Part shown: piece after piece, positions 1-8,798 of the stretch
How the letters are laid out: the number at the start of each line of letters is the position of its first letter
How positions within the stretch are numbered: the stretch's first letter is position 1
Virus record (IMG/VR): IMGVR_UViG_3300023371_000069
Source: a virus
Taxonomy: Duplodnaviria > Heunggongvirae > Uroviricota > Caudoviricetes
Reading direction: 5' to 3' (one strand)
DNA: 58,841 nucleotides
The notes under the pieces: generated by a model
Told to the model about the DNA's origin: nothing
Databases searched by the model: none
The model's input: the letters and a program-made list of their open reading frames with translations, nothing else
Made by a program: the position numbers and the translations under genes

Positions 1-492
1 CGACAGGAATGGATTATCATTAGTTTCCTGGTAAACAGGAATTTCAATTTCCCCTTGGGGAATCGGAACACTAGCCGTGGCGAGCGCTTGAGCGATTTCC
101 GCAGCTTCATATCCCTAACGCTTCATAGTTTCTTCAATTTTCTTATTTGCGACTTCTTGTAAGAACTCAGTATCTTTCCAACGATAATCTCTAAACTGCT
201 TTAGTTTCATCTTTGAAAGATAACGACCTACAATAGTCGTACCAGTTAATTTAGAACGGTCTTTACCATATGATGCCAGTAACTTGTTCCATTCTTCTGG
301 AACATATGGAACATCACATTCTTGTAAAATCCATAAATAAGTATCTGGATTAAAATTATCTACATGCATCGTCGCACACTTCTTACATTTATGCAACTTA
401 CCTTCTGGATACTTACTTGTATTATTAGACCCATAGAACTAATCAGCGTTCATTGTTCGATTACATTTTTCACAATAAAAGCTTTCAGCCAT
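1..492 (-). CDS. Zn-ribbon protein (CxxC..CxxC), C-terminus runs off window; 2 in-frame TAG (439-441, 115-117)
   Basis: ATG at 490-492 with AAGGAGG about 8 nt upstream. The frame stays open through both TAGs to the window edge. The track ORF 115..396 is its middle segment. Confidence 0.6.
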
Positions 493-534
493 AAAAATTC
501 CTCCTTTACTTATAATGAAAATTCAAGGCCGGAA

Positions 535-1587
535 TTATGACTTTTTGGCCTTAGAGTTTCTGCACTTTTTACAAATACTGTAAAAGCCATCTTTTGAAGT
601 CTTATTCTTACTAAAATATTTATTATGTGCTAATTTAATTTCTCCACAGCGGCTGCACTTCTTATACTTACCTTTCATTTCATTTAAAAAATACCAGTTA
701 AGTAATCTATCTTCCGCCTCGGAAGCTATTAATTTTGGAATTTTATTTCTCCATAAACTTGAAATATATTCAACACTATGTTTAATCCCAAATTCCATTT
801 GAAGTTTTTCTTGAATGTCAATATTTTGCAACCCATCAACTTTGTATTCACAAATGCGGTCATATAAAGGATAATCTTTTAAAGCTGCATCCGCAACTTC
901 ATCAAATTCCTACATAAGATACCACAAATCCTTTTCAAACTCTCCCCAACTTTCTTGCTTCATTAAGGAGTAGTTACATAAGATTGCTGAAACGACTTTC
1001 GGGTCACATAAAGAAACACCCTCTGGAATCACATAACCTTCATCGTCAAAATCAAAGTCGCTTTCTAAAGGTATAAAGTGTTTCGAGCGGGTGATATTTT
1101 TGGGGATTATTGGTTTACGATAGGCATCTTTAAGAATATATTGGTCCTTTCGTAATTCGATAATCGCAGTCTTGATGATAAAAGCATCACGCCCGGAAGT
1201 AGTCTTTAACTTCTGTTCCCACATCTTAATGGCTTCTCTTAATTGTGCTAACCCAGGTATCTCTTCTACATCTTTCTTTGTTATCATTACTTTTGGTTGA
1301 AAAATCTAATTCTTATCATTACTAATCATTCCATAAATGCCATCTTCGCCATTTTCGAGTTGGGAAACAAGACCTTCGAAAGAAGTTTCACGTTTATTGA
1401 CTGTGGCCATTCGGTTCTCAGTTAATAGCTTACGCTCCTTTTTCTCTTGTTTCTCCATGCAAAGAACTAGGTAGTCCGCAAGTGTCTCAAGGTACTAGGG
1501 AGTAGGATTGGGACACTCTTCTAAAATTTTTTCGACTAACTATTTTCTTTCTTCTGGAGATTCTAAAGTATAATTTAATTTGGTCAT
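535..1587 (-). CDS. hypothetical protein with C-terminal Zn-ribbon; 4 in-frame TAG (1540-1542, 1495-1497, 1306-1308, 910-912)
   Basis: ATG at 1585-1587 with GGAGG 7 nt upstream and a sigma70-like promoter. One frame of 351 codons links track ORFs 910..1287 and 535..831 and extends upstream. It ends in TAA at 535-537. Confidence 0.6.
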
Positions 1588-1612
1588 TACTTTACCTCCA
1601 GTCTTTCATACT

Positions 1613-1650
1613 TTTATTATACCAGAAAATTTTTCTTGAGTCAAGTTTTT
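1613..1650 (-). promoter_or_regulatory. sigma70-like promoter (TTGACT-17-TGgTATAAT) for the 1587..535 gene
   Basis: Minus-strand reading is cTTGACTcaagaaaaattttcTGgTATAATaaaag, followed by an SD and the ATG. Confidence 0.55.
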
Positions 1651-1726
1651 CCGAAAAATTTTTCCCTAACTTATATTTAAAAATTCTGACAATAAAATAA
1701 ATTGGATTTGACCTGAAGCAACCGAC

Positions 1727-1762
1727 TTGACAAAAGAAAAATTTTTTGTTATAATATTTATA
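1727..1762 (+). promoter_or_regulatory. sigma70-like promoter (TTGACA-17-TATAAT) for the 1789 gene
   Basis: cTTGACAaaagaaaaattttttgtTATAATattt, lying divergent to the minus-strand promoter. Confidence 0.55.
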
Positions 1763-1788
1763 TAAATAAAAGATAAGGAGCAGTATAT

Positions 1789-2217
1789 ATGATTGTCGCA
1801 ATCGTTATCCTAAGTATCTTATTGGTCGGCGCAACCGCCTTTATTTTTTGGTTACTTGGGGTGCTAAAAAACACCTTTGATATTGTTGAAGCCTCTTTAG
1901 ATATGGCCTCCGGCAAACCTTCCGCGAAATTCGGGAAAGCATATGATGGTAAATATTATCCCGCAACAGTAATCTCGCAAGTTAAATTCAATTCAGATTC
2001 TGAAATGATGATTACAGATTTTTCGATGTATGATGAAAAGAAAATTGTAGGTTTTACAATATGTACGAAAGAAAGTGAACGAGAATATATCGGTGCGCAA
2101 GGTGATGATGTTCCCGATGAAATCCTTGAAGAGGCTTTTGGAACTCCGACAATATTTAAGAATGTTGTTGTATATGCTCCTTGGGAAGGAATGTGGACAT
2201 GGAAACCAGCGGATTAA
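1789..2217 (+). CDS. membrane-anchored hypothetical protein
   Basis: Track ORF with an N-terminal hydrophobic helix. SD AAGGAG lies upstream and the stop is TAA. Confidence 0.5.
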   Translation: MIVAIVILSILLVGATAFIFWLLGVLKNTFDIVEASLDMASGKPSAKFGKAYDGKYYPATVISQVKFNSDSEMMITDFSMYDEKKIVGFTICTKESEREYIGAQGDDVPDEILEEAFGTPTIFKNVVVYAPWEGMWTWKPAD

Positions 2218-2432
2218 TTATTGCTATTTTATGGGCAATCATGTCACTCCTGGTGATGATTCAATATGCACCAGCCTGTAAAGATTTAAATTGGAAAGAC
2301 CAATTAATCGTAGGCATTATCTTTATTATTGGCGGTCCAATATTCGCGGCCGCAAATGTACTTGAAGCAATTTTAGACTGTATTTTACCGGAAGGGTGGG
2401 GGGATGACGACGATGGTCCTTGGAAATATTAA
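2199..2432 (+). CDS. small membrane protein
   Basis: In-frame ATG with GGAAGGA upstream. It has two predicted transmembrane helices and an acidic C-terminus. Confidence 0.4.
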   Translation: METSGLIIAILWAIMSLLVMIQYAPACKDLNWKDQLIVGIIFIIGGPIFAAANVLEAILDCILPEGWGDDDDGPWKY

Positions 2433-3216
2433 AGAATATACTAAAGCACTGAAAGAACAATTTAAAGACCGCATTACCGCAATTGGTGATGCACCTAAGT
2501 TAGCAATTATCCAAGTTGGAAATGTAGAAGCATCAAATCGTTATATCAAAAACAAAGTGAAAGATTGTGAAGAGGTCGGTATCATTGCTGATGTTTATCA
2601 ATATCCAGAGGATATTACTGAACATGAGCTATGTGAAAATATCAAGCTCGACCAGGAACACTATGACGGCGTTATAGTGCAACTACCACTCCCACCTCAT
2701 ATCCGCGAGAAGGTCGTGGTTGCCGCAATCAATCCTTTGAAGGATGTTGATGGATTTCATCCAGATAGTCCTTATGACCCAGCAACTCCCGCAGGCATCA
2801 TGAAATATCTTCGTGCTTGCGATTACGACGTTGCGGGACGCGACGTCGTAATCATTGGTCGCAGTAATATTGTTGGTAAGCCTTTGGCGAGAATGATGAC
2901 AGACGCAGATGCGACAGTAACTCTTTGCCACAGTAAATCAAAATTGTCACATCATTTGTATGGGGCTGACCTGATTGTCACAGCAGTAGGTAAAGCAGGC
3001 TTTTTAAATTGCTACCCAATTCATGTGCCTGTTATTGACGTCGGCATTAACTTTGTAACAGATGCTGAAGGCAGAAGCCGACTTGTCGGCGATGCCTTCA
3101 ATACAGAAGGACGAGATGTAACACCAGTTCCAGGAGGGGTCGGTCTTTTGACCAGATGCGCACTTTTGGAGAATGTAATTGATGCGAAAGCAAGGGTGAG
3201 TTTAAAACGTGGATAA
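2404..3216 (+). CDS. folD: bifunctional 5,10-methylene-tetrahydrofolate dehydrogenase/cyclohydrolase
   Basis: 270 aa carrying FolD motifs: LAIIQVGN..AS..Y, DVDGFHP, TPAGIM, VIIGRSNIVGKP, VTAVGK, PVPGGVGLLT. Confidence 0.85.
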   Translation: MTTMVLGNIKEYTKALKEQFKDRITAIGDAPKLAIIQVGNVEASNRYIKNKVKDCEEVGIIADVYQYPEDITEHELCENIKLDQEHYDGVIVQLPLPPHIREKVVVAAINPLKDVDGFHPDSPYDPATPAGIMKYLRACDYDVAGRDVVIIGRSNIVGKPLARMMTDADATVTLCHSKSKLSHHLYGADLIVTAVGKAGFLNCYPIHVPVIDVGINFVTDAEGRSRLVGDAFNTEGRDVTPVPGGVGLLTRCALLENVIDAKARVSLKRG

Positions 3217-3451
3217 ATGGACTTTGATTTTATTAGAAGTTGAAGGTATGTGGGAAGCAGATAGCTATGCCGCATATCTAGGGCAAATTGGCTGCGACCC
3301 GCAGAAGTATCGGGTAGAACGAGATACTTTTAAAGCTGACCGCATTTTTGCCCTTTATGGATATGATTATTTCTTGCGATTTGTAGAGCGGTGCCCGCAT
3401 ATCCAAGAGATGATAGAAAAATATAAACCCTGTGACCAGAACGGCGGCTAG
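3209..3451 (+). CDS. hypothetical protein (ends in TAG; may extend 18 codons to TGA at 3506-3508)
   Basis: Track ORF. Its terminator is TAG, which is otherwise avoided in this genome. Confidence 0.4.
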   Translation: MDKWTLILLEVEGMWEADSYAAYLGQIGCDPQKYRVERDTFKADRIFALYGYDYFLRFVERCPHIQEMIEKYKPCDQNGG

Positions 3452-3486
3452 TGCACAATGTTCTGTGCCTACTATAAGGAAGGAGG

Positions 3487-3723
3487 ATGTACATTATGCC
3501 AATGAGTGATTGGATTAACAACGCGCAATTGATTCCAGAAGGCAGACCATATAAGGTTGATAGTTCAAGTCGAATTGTCGTACCTTCTCATTTGAAAGCA
3601 AAATTTGGAATTGAAAATGGCGACAATATGGACTATTATACCACCTTTGTTGATGGCAGATGGTTTATTTGTGTAACTAAGCACGTTGAAGAAGAGGAAG
3701 CAAAAAATGAAGAAAATATTTAA
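3487..3723 (+). CDS. AbrB/SpoVT-like swapped-hairpin DNA-binding protein
   Basis: RIVVPSHLKAKFGIENGDNM matches the AbrB N-domain pattern. SD AAGGAAGGAGGA lies upstream. Confidence 0.45.
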   Translation: MYIMPMSDWINNAQLIPEGRPYKVDSSSRIVVPSHLKAKFGIENGDNMDYYTTFVDGRWFICVTKHVEEEEAKNEENI

Positions 3724-4231
3724 ATATAGATTGCCAAGAGATGGCGAAGTAATTACCATTCATGCGGATGTAATTAAATGGCTAGATATCCAAGAGCAAA
3801 ATGGCTGGCCTCACATCTGGGCAATCGTCGAAGAAAATGGCAATGCGAGAAACTATGAGATTGCGGCCTGGGGTACCGGCTGGATGGTTCCCGACGAGTT
3901 GATGTTCATGAGCTATCTAGGAACAGCGCAAGACCTGGGTGGTTATGTATGGCATTATTTCATGCGCGAGGCTGATTCTATCTATGAGCCTATCACAGTA
4001 TAGGAATATGACTATAATCCTTACGATTATACTTTGACAACAAAGGGACAGCCAGACCCCGGATACAGCATTACGATTTCTTGCGGCGAGGCCGGTTCAG
4101 CGGTCTCTGGACTGGAATCAAAAGTGTATAATGATTATACAACAAGTATTGACAATTTGCAAGGTGTCGTGGAATATTTAACTGCGGCCGTGGCAACCGG
4201 TAAAACGGCATCTGTAAGAGCGTGTACGTAA
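3707..4231 (+). CDS. hypothetical protein with an in-frame TAG at 4001-4003
   Basis: Track ORFs 3686..4003 and 4034..4231 are in the same frame and separated only by a TAG. ATG at 3707 has GAGGAAG upstream. The final stop is TAA. Confidence 0.5.
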
Positions 4232-4246
4232 AAAATAATTAAAAAA

Positions 4247-4283
4247 TGGGAAAATATAATAAAAACATATTTTCCCATTTTTC
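4247..4283 (+). terminator. rho-independent terminator
   Basis: GGGAAAATAT...ATATTTTCCC hairpin followed by ATTTTTC. Confidence 0.5.
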
Positions 4284-4354
4284 TTTGGACAAAATCCCGA
4301 AATATGAGTTTCGGGAAAATTATATATAATAGCATAAAACAAGGAGGAAATATT

Positions 4355-5118
4355 ATGCCACCATTAAAAATTATACCAGGTATGAAATTTGGAGAATGGG
4401 AAGTTATTGAAAGAGATTATCATCCAACTTCTAAGCAGCATTCAACATTTTGGTTTTGTAAATGTGGATTATGTGGAGAAGTAATTAGTGTTTCAAGAGA
4501 TAGCTTAGTAAATGGAAAAAGTGAATGTTGTAATAAATGCAAAGGAGAAAAGATTAGACAAAAAGCAGAAGAAAGAGGTTTAATTTCTTGGCATAAAGGA
4601 GATAGATTTGGCTTATTAGAAATTATAGATAGAGCTGAATCAAAGGTAATCACAGTTATGTTAAATGTAAGTGCGAGTGTGGTAACATTATTGATGTCAG
4701 AGTTGAGCATTTAAAAGGTCAATTTCATAATCGTACTATTTCTTGTGGATGCGCTTCTCAATCCAGCGGAGAAATAAAACTTACTCAGCTATTGGTAAAA
4801 GCAGGTATTGATTTTCAAACACAGTATAGGATTAAAGAGTTCAATATTTTATCACCATTTGATTTCGCCATTTTTAAAGATGGTAAATTATTGGGATTGA
4901 TTGAATATGATGGTCAGCAACATTTTGAAGCTGTTGAATTATGGGGTGGAGAAGAACAGTTAAAAATTCAACAAGAGCGTGATACAAGAAAAAATCAATG
5001 GTGTAAGGAAAATAATATTCGTCTTATTAGAATACCATATACTGAGTATAATAATTTGACAATAGGGTACCTATTATCTTTTTTCCCAGAATTATCGTTT
5101 TCCGAAATTGAAAATTGA
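4355..5118 (+). pseudogene. putative homing endonuclease (CxC-repeat N-domain plus a DUF559/Vsr-like C-terminal domain), -1 frameshift near 4655-4665
   Basis: The N-terminal part matches track ORF 4304..4714 from the ATG at 4355. The C-terminal part matches ORF 4792..5118, in a different frame. The shifted frame reads KCKCECGNIIDV...IEYDGQQHF and aligns with the paralogue at 39516..40244. Confidence 0.45.
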
Positions 5119-5133
5119 TTTCAAGATTATAAT

Positions 5134-5175
5134 GCCCAGACAAAAGCGTTTTGTCTGGGCAAAAAAATTTTTTTC
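5134..5175 (+). terminator. rho-independent terminator
   Basis: GCCCAGACAAAAGCGTTTTGTCTGGGC hairpin followed by A/T runs. Confidence 0.6.
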
Positions 5176-5284
5176 CCGAAATAGGCCCCGGGGTTTTATT
5201 CACATCTGGGGAAAAACACAAAGTCTATAGTCTGCGTCGCGGCGAGCGCACACAGCAAAGGTATTGCCAGCCCCGGCAAAGAGG

Positions 5285-5395
5285 CGCAAAGACACACACA
5301 ACACATCCTCATACATACACAATAATGTATGTATAATAAACAATACACACACAATAATACATACACAATACACACGCTGGGCCGTGCACGTGCGG
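5285..5395. repeat. CA-rich low-complexity tract (ACACA / ATACATACACAATA repeats)
   Basis: The repeats are visible directly. The tract sits at the boundary before the early promoter array. Confidence 0.6.
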
Positions 5396-5465
5396 CGCGG
5401 CCCTAGCTGCCATGCAATAATACCCTACACAAAAAAAGTTCTACACATTTGTGCATCTTACCTAT

Positions 5466-5494
5466 TGACAAACATCCTGTAATGTGGTATACTG
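5466..5494 (+). promoter_or_regulatory. class 1 early promoter (TTGACAAA-17-TGgTATACT)
   Basis: Consensus -35 and extended -10, followed by a leader and an ATG. Confidence 0.6.
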
Positions 5495-5521
5495 TAGATA
5501 CAACAAAGGAACAGTGAGGTA

Positions 5522-5803
5522 ATGACAATGAGTGAGAAGGTACTGTGTGTGCTGTGTGCTATACTACTGGTAGTGACCTTCAATGCACTAGGTCAAGCAC
5601 AGCTTAATGATAGGTACACAAGAGAAGCTGTGGTAGTAGAGGTAGAGGGTAACACCATCAGCGCAGAGGACACCACAGGCAATGTGTGGTGCTATGATGT
5701 AGAGGGTGACACTGTACCATGTGTAGGCACAAGGGTAGTGCTAACCATGCTAGCCATGGGCAGTGATACTATCTATGATGACAGAGTAGTAGATGTAGAG
5801 TAA
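5522..5803 (+). CDS. small secreted or lipoprotein-like protein
   Basis: Has an N-terminal signal-like hydrophobic segment. It is promoter-driven and ends in TAA. Confidence 0.5.
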   Translation: MTMSEKVLCVLCAILLVVTFNALGQAQLNDRYTREAVVVEVEGNTISAEDTTGNVWCYDVEGDTVPCVGTRVVLTMLAMGSDTIYDDRVVDVE

Positions 5804-5926
5804 GGTACACAGCCTTACTCTATTATACTATGTAGTAGTAGCCACCGAGCACAGGCGTCAGGTCCCCTAGTGGGGCATACTGTAGGGGGTGCTAAAAAAA
5901 AGTTGCGTAAATAAGCAAAAAAACTC

Positions 5927-5955
5927 TTGACAAAAAGCTCCCGTAATGCTATAAT
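5927..5955 (+). promoter_or_regulatory. class 1 early promoter
   Basis: TTGACAAAaagctcccgtaaTGcTATAAT. Confidence 0.6.
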
Positions 5956-6008
5956 AAAGACACAAAGAGAGAGGGACACAACCTCACAGAGTAAAGGAGA
6001 TAACAACA

Positions 6009-6164
6009 ATGACCATTTCTAACAACATCGCTATGTGGATTGCTAACAGCAACCTTGACAATACTACTACTTGTCCTGAGTGGCTGGGTATCACTCTTGT
6101 GGCTCTAGTCGTAGCCTTTGGCGTAGCTGCTATTGCCACTATCATCGCTGTCAACAAGAACTAA
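6009..6164 (+). CDS. small membrane protein (51 aa)
   Basis: ATG follows AAGGAGA. It has one transmembrane helix and ends in TAA. Confidence 0.5.
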   Translation: MTISNNIAMWIANSNLDNTTTCPEWLGITLVALVVAFGVAAIATIIAVNKN

Positions 6165-6181
6165 TAGAGGAGGACAAGACA

Positions 6182-6403
6182 ATGAACAAGAGACCTATCA
6201 ACAAGATGCTGAGCACAGTAAGAGAGCTAAAGCCTGAGGTGCAGGCAAGCCATCAGTACAAGTACATCATCATGGTACTGAACAAGGACAACGAGGACAT
6301 CACCTACGCAGAGAAGCTGATGGTGAGAGACAACCTGCGTGTGCTGTGTAAGGTAGCAGGTGTGTCCTATGAGAGACTGCTGATGAGGGTGTGCCAAGAG
6401 TAA
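6182..6403 (+). CDS. hypothetical protein
   Basis: ATG has GAGGAGG upstream and lies in frame within track ORF 6080..6403. Confidence 0.5.
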   Translation: MNKRPINKMLSTVRELKPEVQASHQYKYIIMVLNKDNEDITYAEKLMVRDNLRVLCKVAGVSYERLLMRVCQE

Positions 6404-6443
6404 GGCACACCCTTTAATTGTGCAATGTGACGAATCCCGCCAT

Positions 6444-6468
6444 AGGCGCGCCAACGGTCCTGGCGCGC
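6444..6468. terminator. GC-rich hairpin (GGCGCGCC...GGCGCGCC)
   Basis: Perfect inverted repeat. It is the first of a family of GC hairpins placed after early operons. Confidence 0.5.
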
Positions 6469-6553
6469 CCTAATTGCCAGTATAACACATCCCAGCCATT
6501 TTGTCAAGAGGAAAATTAGAAAAAAAATAAATAATTATTTTTCCCAAAAGGTA

Positions 6554-6582
6554 TTGACAAATCGGTCTCCGTGTGGTATACT
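6554..6582 (+). promoter_or_regulatory. class 1 early promoter
   Basis: TTGACAAAtcggtctccgtgTGgTATACT. Confidence 0.6.
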
Positions 6583-6615
6583 AAGTACAACAAAAGAACA
6601 AAGGAGCTAAACACC

Positions 6616-6939
6616 ATGAAGAAGATTACCAAGACTGCCGAAGAGACCAAGAGAGACGAACTCGTCATCGCTACTCGCAATGCAAAGGACAAGATTGAGT
6701 ACTGTGTGAGAGTCATCAACCGCAGACAGAAGGCAATGGCTATGTTGCCCCAAGAGTCCGCAGAATACAAGATGTTTGCGGGCGATGTAACCGAGGATAA
6801 ATGGGTACTGGTTTCCGCTCTGCGTAGCTACGACAGAGCAAGGGAAGAACTGGCTGAGCACTGCCGAGCCTACCACCTCGCAGGAAATACTTTCCTTTCT
6901 GGCTATGAACTTTTGGAAATTCTCGCAGAAAAGGCTTGA
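6616..6939 (+). CDS. hypothetical protein
   Basis: ATG follows the leader aaaggagctaaacacc. Confidence 0.5.
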   Translation: MKKITKTAEETKRDELVIATRNAKDKIEYCVRVINRRQKAMAMLPQESAEYKMFAGDVTEDKWVLVSALRSYDRAREELAEHCRAYHLAGNTFLSGYELLEILAEKA

Positions 6940-6964
6940 CAAAAGCCTTTCTCTGTGATACAAT
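6936..6964 (+). promoter_or_regulatory. class 1 early promoter
   Basis: TTGACAAAagcctttctctgTGaTACAAT. Confidence 0.55.
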
Positions 6965-6990
6965 GTAGGTACAAAAGGAAAGGAACTGAA

Positions 6991-7431
6991 ATGAAAATGA
7001 TTTACTGTGGCTATCAGGGTAGTGGAAAATCTACCTACTGTAGAAATAACCCCAATACTACTGTTGACCTCGACAGCTCCGCATTTGTCAAGGTCGCAGG
7101 ATGGGAAGAAAACTATGTGCGGACGGCGGTTGCCCTCGCTACTGACAAGAATGTATTCATCTCCGCTCATCGTGTGGTGATTGAATACTGCATGAACAAC
7201 AACATTCCCTTTGTTATCCTCGCACCCTCGCAGAGCAAAGAGGCTTGGCGTGCTCGTCTTGAGTTCCGCTACCACAAGAACCCCATCCTCGCAAACTTTA
7301 AGGCAATCGCAGACTTCGAACAAAATTTCGACAACGACCTGCAATACTATCGCCTTTTGGAAAGCAAGGGCATTTGCGTGCGGTGGATTGAAGCCACAGT
7401 TGTGACAAACATTGGCGAAAAAATTTTTTGA
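6991..7431 (+). CDS. P-loop NTPase (putative nucleotide or polynucleotide kinase)
   Basis: Walker A motif GYQGSGKST near the N-terminus. ATG follows aaggaaaggaactgaa. Confidence 0.5.
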   Translation: MKMIYCGYQGSGKSTYCRNNPNTTVDLDSSAFVKVAGWEENYVRTAVALATDKNVFISAHRVVIEYCMNNNIPFVILAPSQSKEAWRARLEFRYHKNPILANFKAIADFEQNFDNDLQYYRLLESKGICVRWIEATVVTNIGEKIF

Positions 7432-7438
7432 AAAGGGG

Positions 7439-7467
7439 TTGACAAAACCCCTTTCCCGTGTTATAAT
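7439..7467 (+). promoter_or_regulatory. class 1 early promoter
   Basis: TTGACAAAacccctttcccgTGtTATAAT. Confidence 0.6.
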
Positions 7468-7498
7468 TAAGATACAAAAAGAGAGGAGAGTAAATCAA

Positions 7499-7825
7499 AT
7501 GTTAAAGAGCATGAGCATCACCGTGAGTTTCACCGACCACTGCTACACCGAACGCAGAGAAAGACTTGTAAAAATGGATAGAGAGTTAGGCTTCGGCGAA
7601 ATCATTTGCACCACAATTTACAGAGGAAAGAGAAACTGCTTGACTTCCACTGGTATCTTAATGGTAATGGATGCCAAGAGCAACATTCTTGTCACCGCCT
7701 ACCCTGCAAGATGGAAGATTGCCTGCAAGATGTTCTACGAAACTACTGGTGGTTATCCTCCTGCTGGTTACTCTGAAATCATCAGACGGGCAAAAGCATG
7801 GGACTGTGAAAATAATTGGATTTAG
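7499..7825 (+). CDS. hypothetical protein
   Basis: ATG follows agagaggagagtaaatcaa. Confidence 0.5.
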   Translation: MLKSMSITVSFTDHCYTERRERLVKMDRELGFGEIICTTIYRGKRNCLTSTGILMVMDAKSNILVTAYPARWKIACKMFYETTGGYPPAGYSEIIRRAKAWDCENNWI

Positions 7826-7828
7826 GGG

Positions 7829-7857
7829 TTGACAAATCCCTAAATCTATGGTATAAT
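7829..7857 (+). promoter_or_regulatory. class 1 early promoter
   Basis: TTGACAAAtccctaaatctaTGgTATAAT. Confidence 0.6.
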
Positions 7858-7887
7858 TTAATTACAAAAAGAAAAGAGGTAAACGAA

Positions 7888-8043
7888 ATGAGTAAGAAAA
7901 AGAAAAACACAATCGACCGCAGAATGTTCAAGAAAGAGGGAGAAGAACTTCAGCAGTATCTCCACTTTCGCAAGCGTGGCTCTGTGGTAGAAAGCAAGAA
8001 GAAATACAACAGACAGAAATTCAAAAGGGGTGATAATGGATGA
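7888..8043 (+). CDS. small basic protein
   Basis: ATG follows aaaagaggtaaacgaa. The protein is Lys/Arg-rich. Confidence 0.45.
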   Translation: MSKKKKNTIDRRMFKKEGEELQQYLHFRKRGSVVESKKKYNRQKFKRGDNG

Positions 8044-8264
8044 TTATTAAAGGGGCAGATGGTGAGTACGAAGCCACATGGAAGCTCGGCGAAGACTATG
8101 TTCATGTAGTCTATCGAAAGATAATTCATCCCAATTGGCCCATTTTCCGCACAAAATACTACTATTGCACAGTAATTCACAAAGAAGATTTCAACCAGAA
8201 GCGAGTGCGGGATGCTCTCCTTGTTAGAGAACATTACGAAAAAAAATGTGCTTGCGGGGGTTGA
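8040..8264 (+). CDS. hypothetical protein
   Basis: Overlaps the previous stop with ATGA. Confidence 0.45.
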   Translation: MIIKGADGEYEATWKLGEDYVHVVYRKIIHPNWPIFRTKYYYCTVIHKEDFNQKRVRDALLVREHYEKKCACGG

Positions 8265-8289
8265 CAAAATCCCCAAACCATGTTATAAT
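8261..8289 (+). promoter_or_regulatory. class 1 early promoter
   Basis: TTGACAAAatccccaaaccaTGtTATAAT. Confidence 0.6.
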
Positions 8290-8309
8290 AATGCCAAGAG
8301 GTGAGAACA

Positions 8310-8540
8310 ATGAAAACAGCAGCAGAAATAGCACGAGAGTGGCAAGCACAATTGCGTGACCCTCGCATTAGATGTCCTAACTGCGGGAGTAGTGCCCAAT
8401 CCGAACTGGTGTACCAGGACAATACAAGCAACCGCAGAGAGAAAAAAGACGATTACATTTGCGGGTGCGGGTGTCGGTTCAGGGCACATTTTACACTCAT
8501 TCAAACCGAGATACTGGAAATCGAAGCGCCTTACTACTAA
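8310..8540 (+). CDS. Zn-ribbon protein
   Basis: CPNCGS...CGCGC motifs. A hairpin terminator follows. Confidence 0.5.
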   Translation: MKTAAEIAREWQAQLRDPRIRCPNCGSSAQSELVYQDNTSNRREKKDDYICGCGCRFRAHFTLIQTEILEIEAPYY

Positions 8541-8593
8541 GGCGCTTTTTCCATTTTGCTTTTTCGGTCGCGCGCCCACGGCCCAGGCGCGCG
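8524..8593 (+). terminator. tandem hairpins (AAGCGCC..GGCGCTTTTTCC and the GC-rich CGCGCGCCC..GGGCGCGCG)
   Basis: Inverted repeats with a T-run after the first. Confidence 0.5.
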
Positions 8594-8599
8594 TTATTT

Positions 8600-8760
8600 C
8601 CATTATACCACAGCCCCAGCAATTTGTCAATAGGCAATTTGCACAAAAAATAAATAGTTGTTTTTCCTAAAATTGTGCTTGACTTTCTATTCCGGATGTG
8701 ATACAATGTTCTTGTGGTTGAGAGAGACCACTAAATCAAAAAAAAGTTCAAGAAAATGAA
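8600..8760. repeat. conserved intergenic unit, also seen near 6470, 10390, 12560, 14210, 15815, 17150 and 18165
   Basis: Shared sequence block (tTTCCATTATACCAC.GCCCCAGCAATTTGTCAA.AGG...TTGCACAAA...). Read on the minus strand it gives TTGACA-17-TGGTATAAT. A plus-strand promoter TTGACT-17-TGATACAAT lies at its end. Confidence 0.5.
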
Positions 8761-8769
8761 AAAAAGTTC

Positions 8770-8798
8770 TTGACAAACCGGGAAACTGGTGTTATAAT
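8770..8798 (+). promoter_or_regulatory. class 1 early promoter
   Basis: TTGACAAAccgggaaactggTGtTATAAT. Confidence 0.6.
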
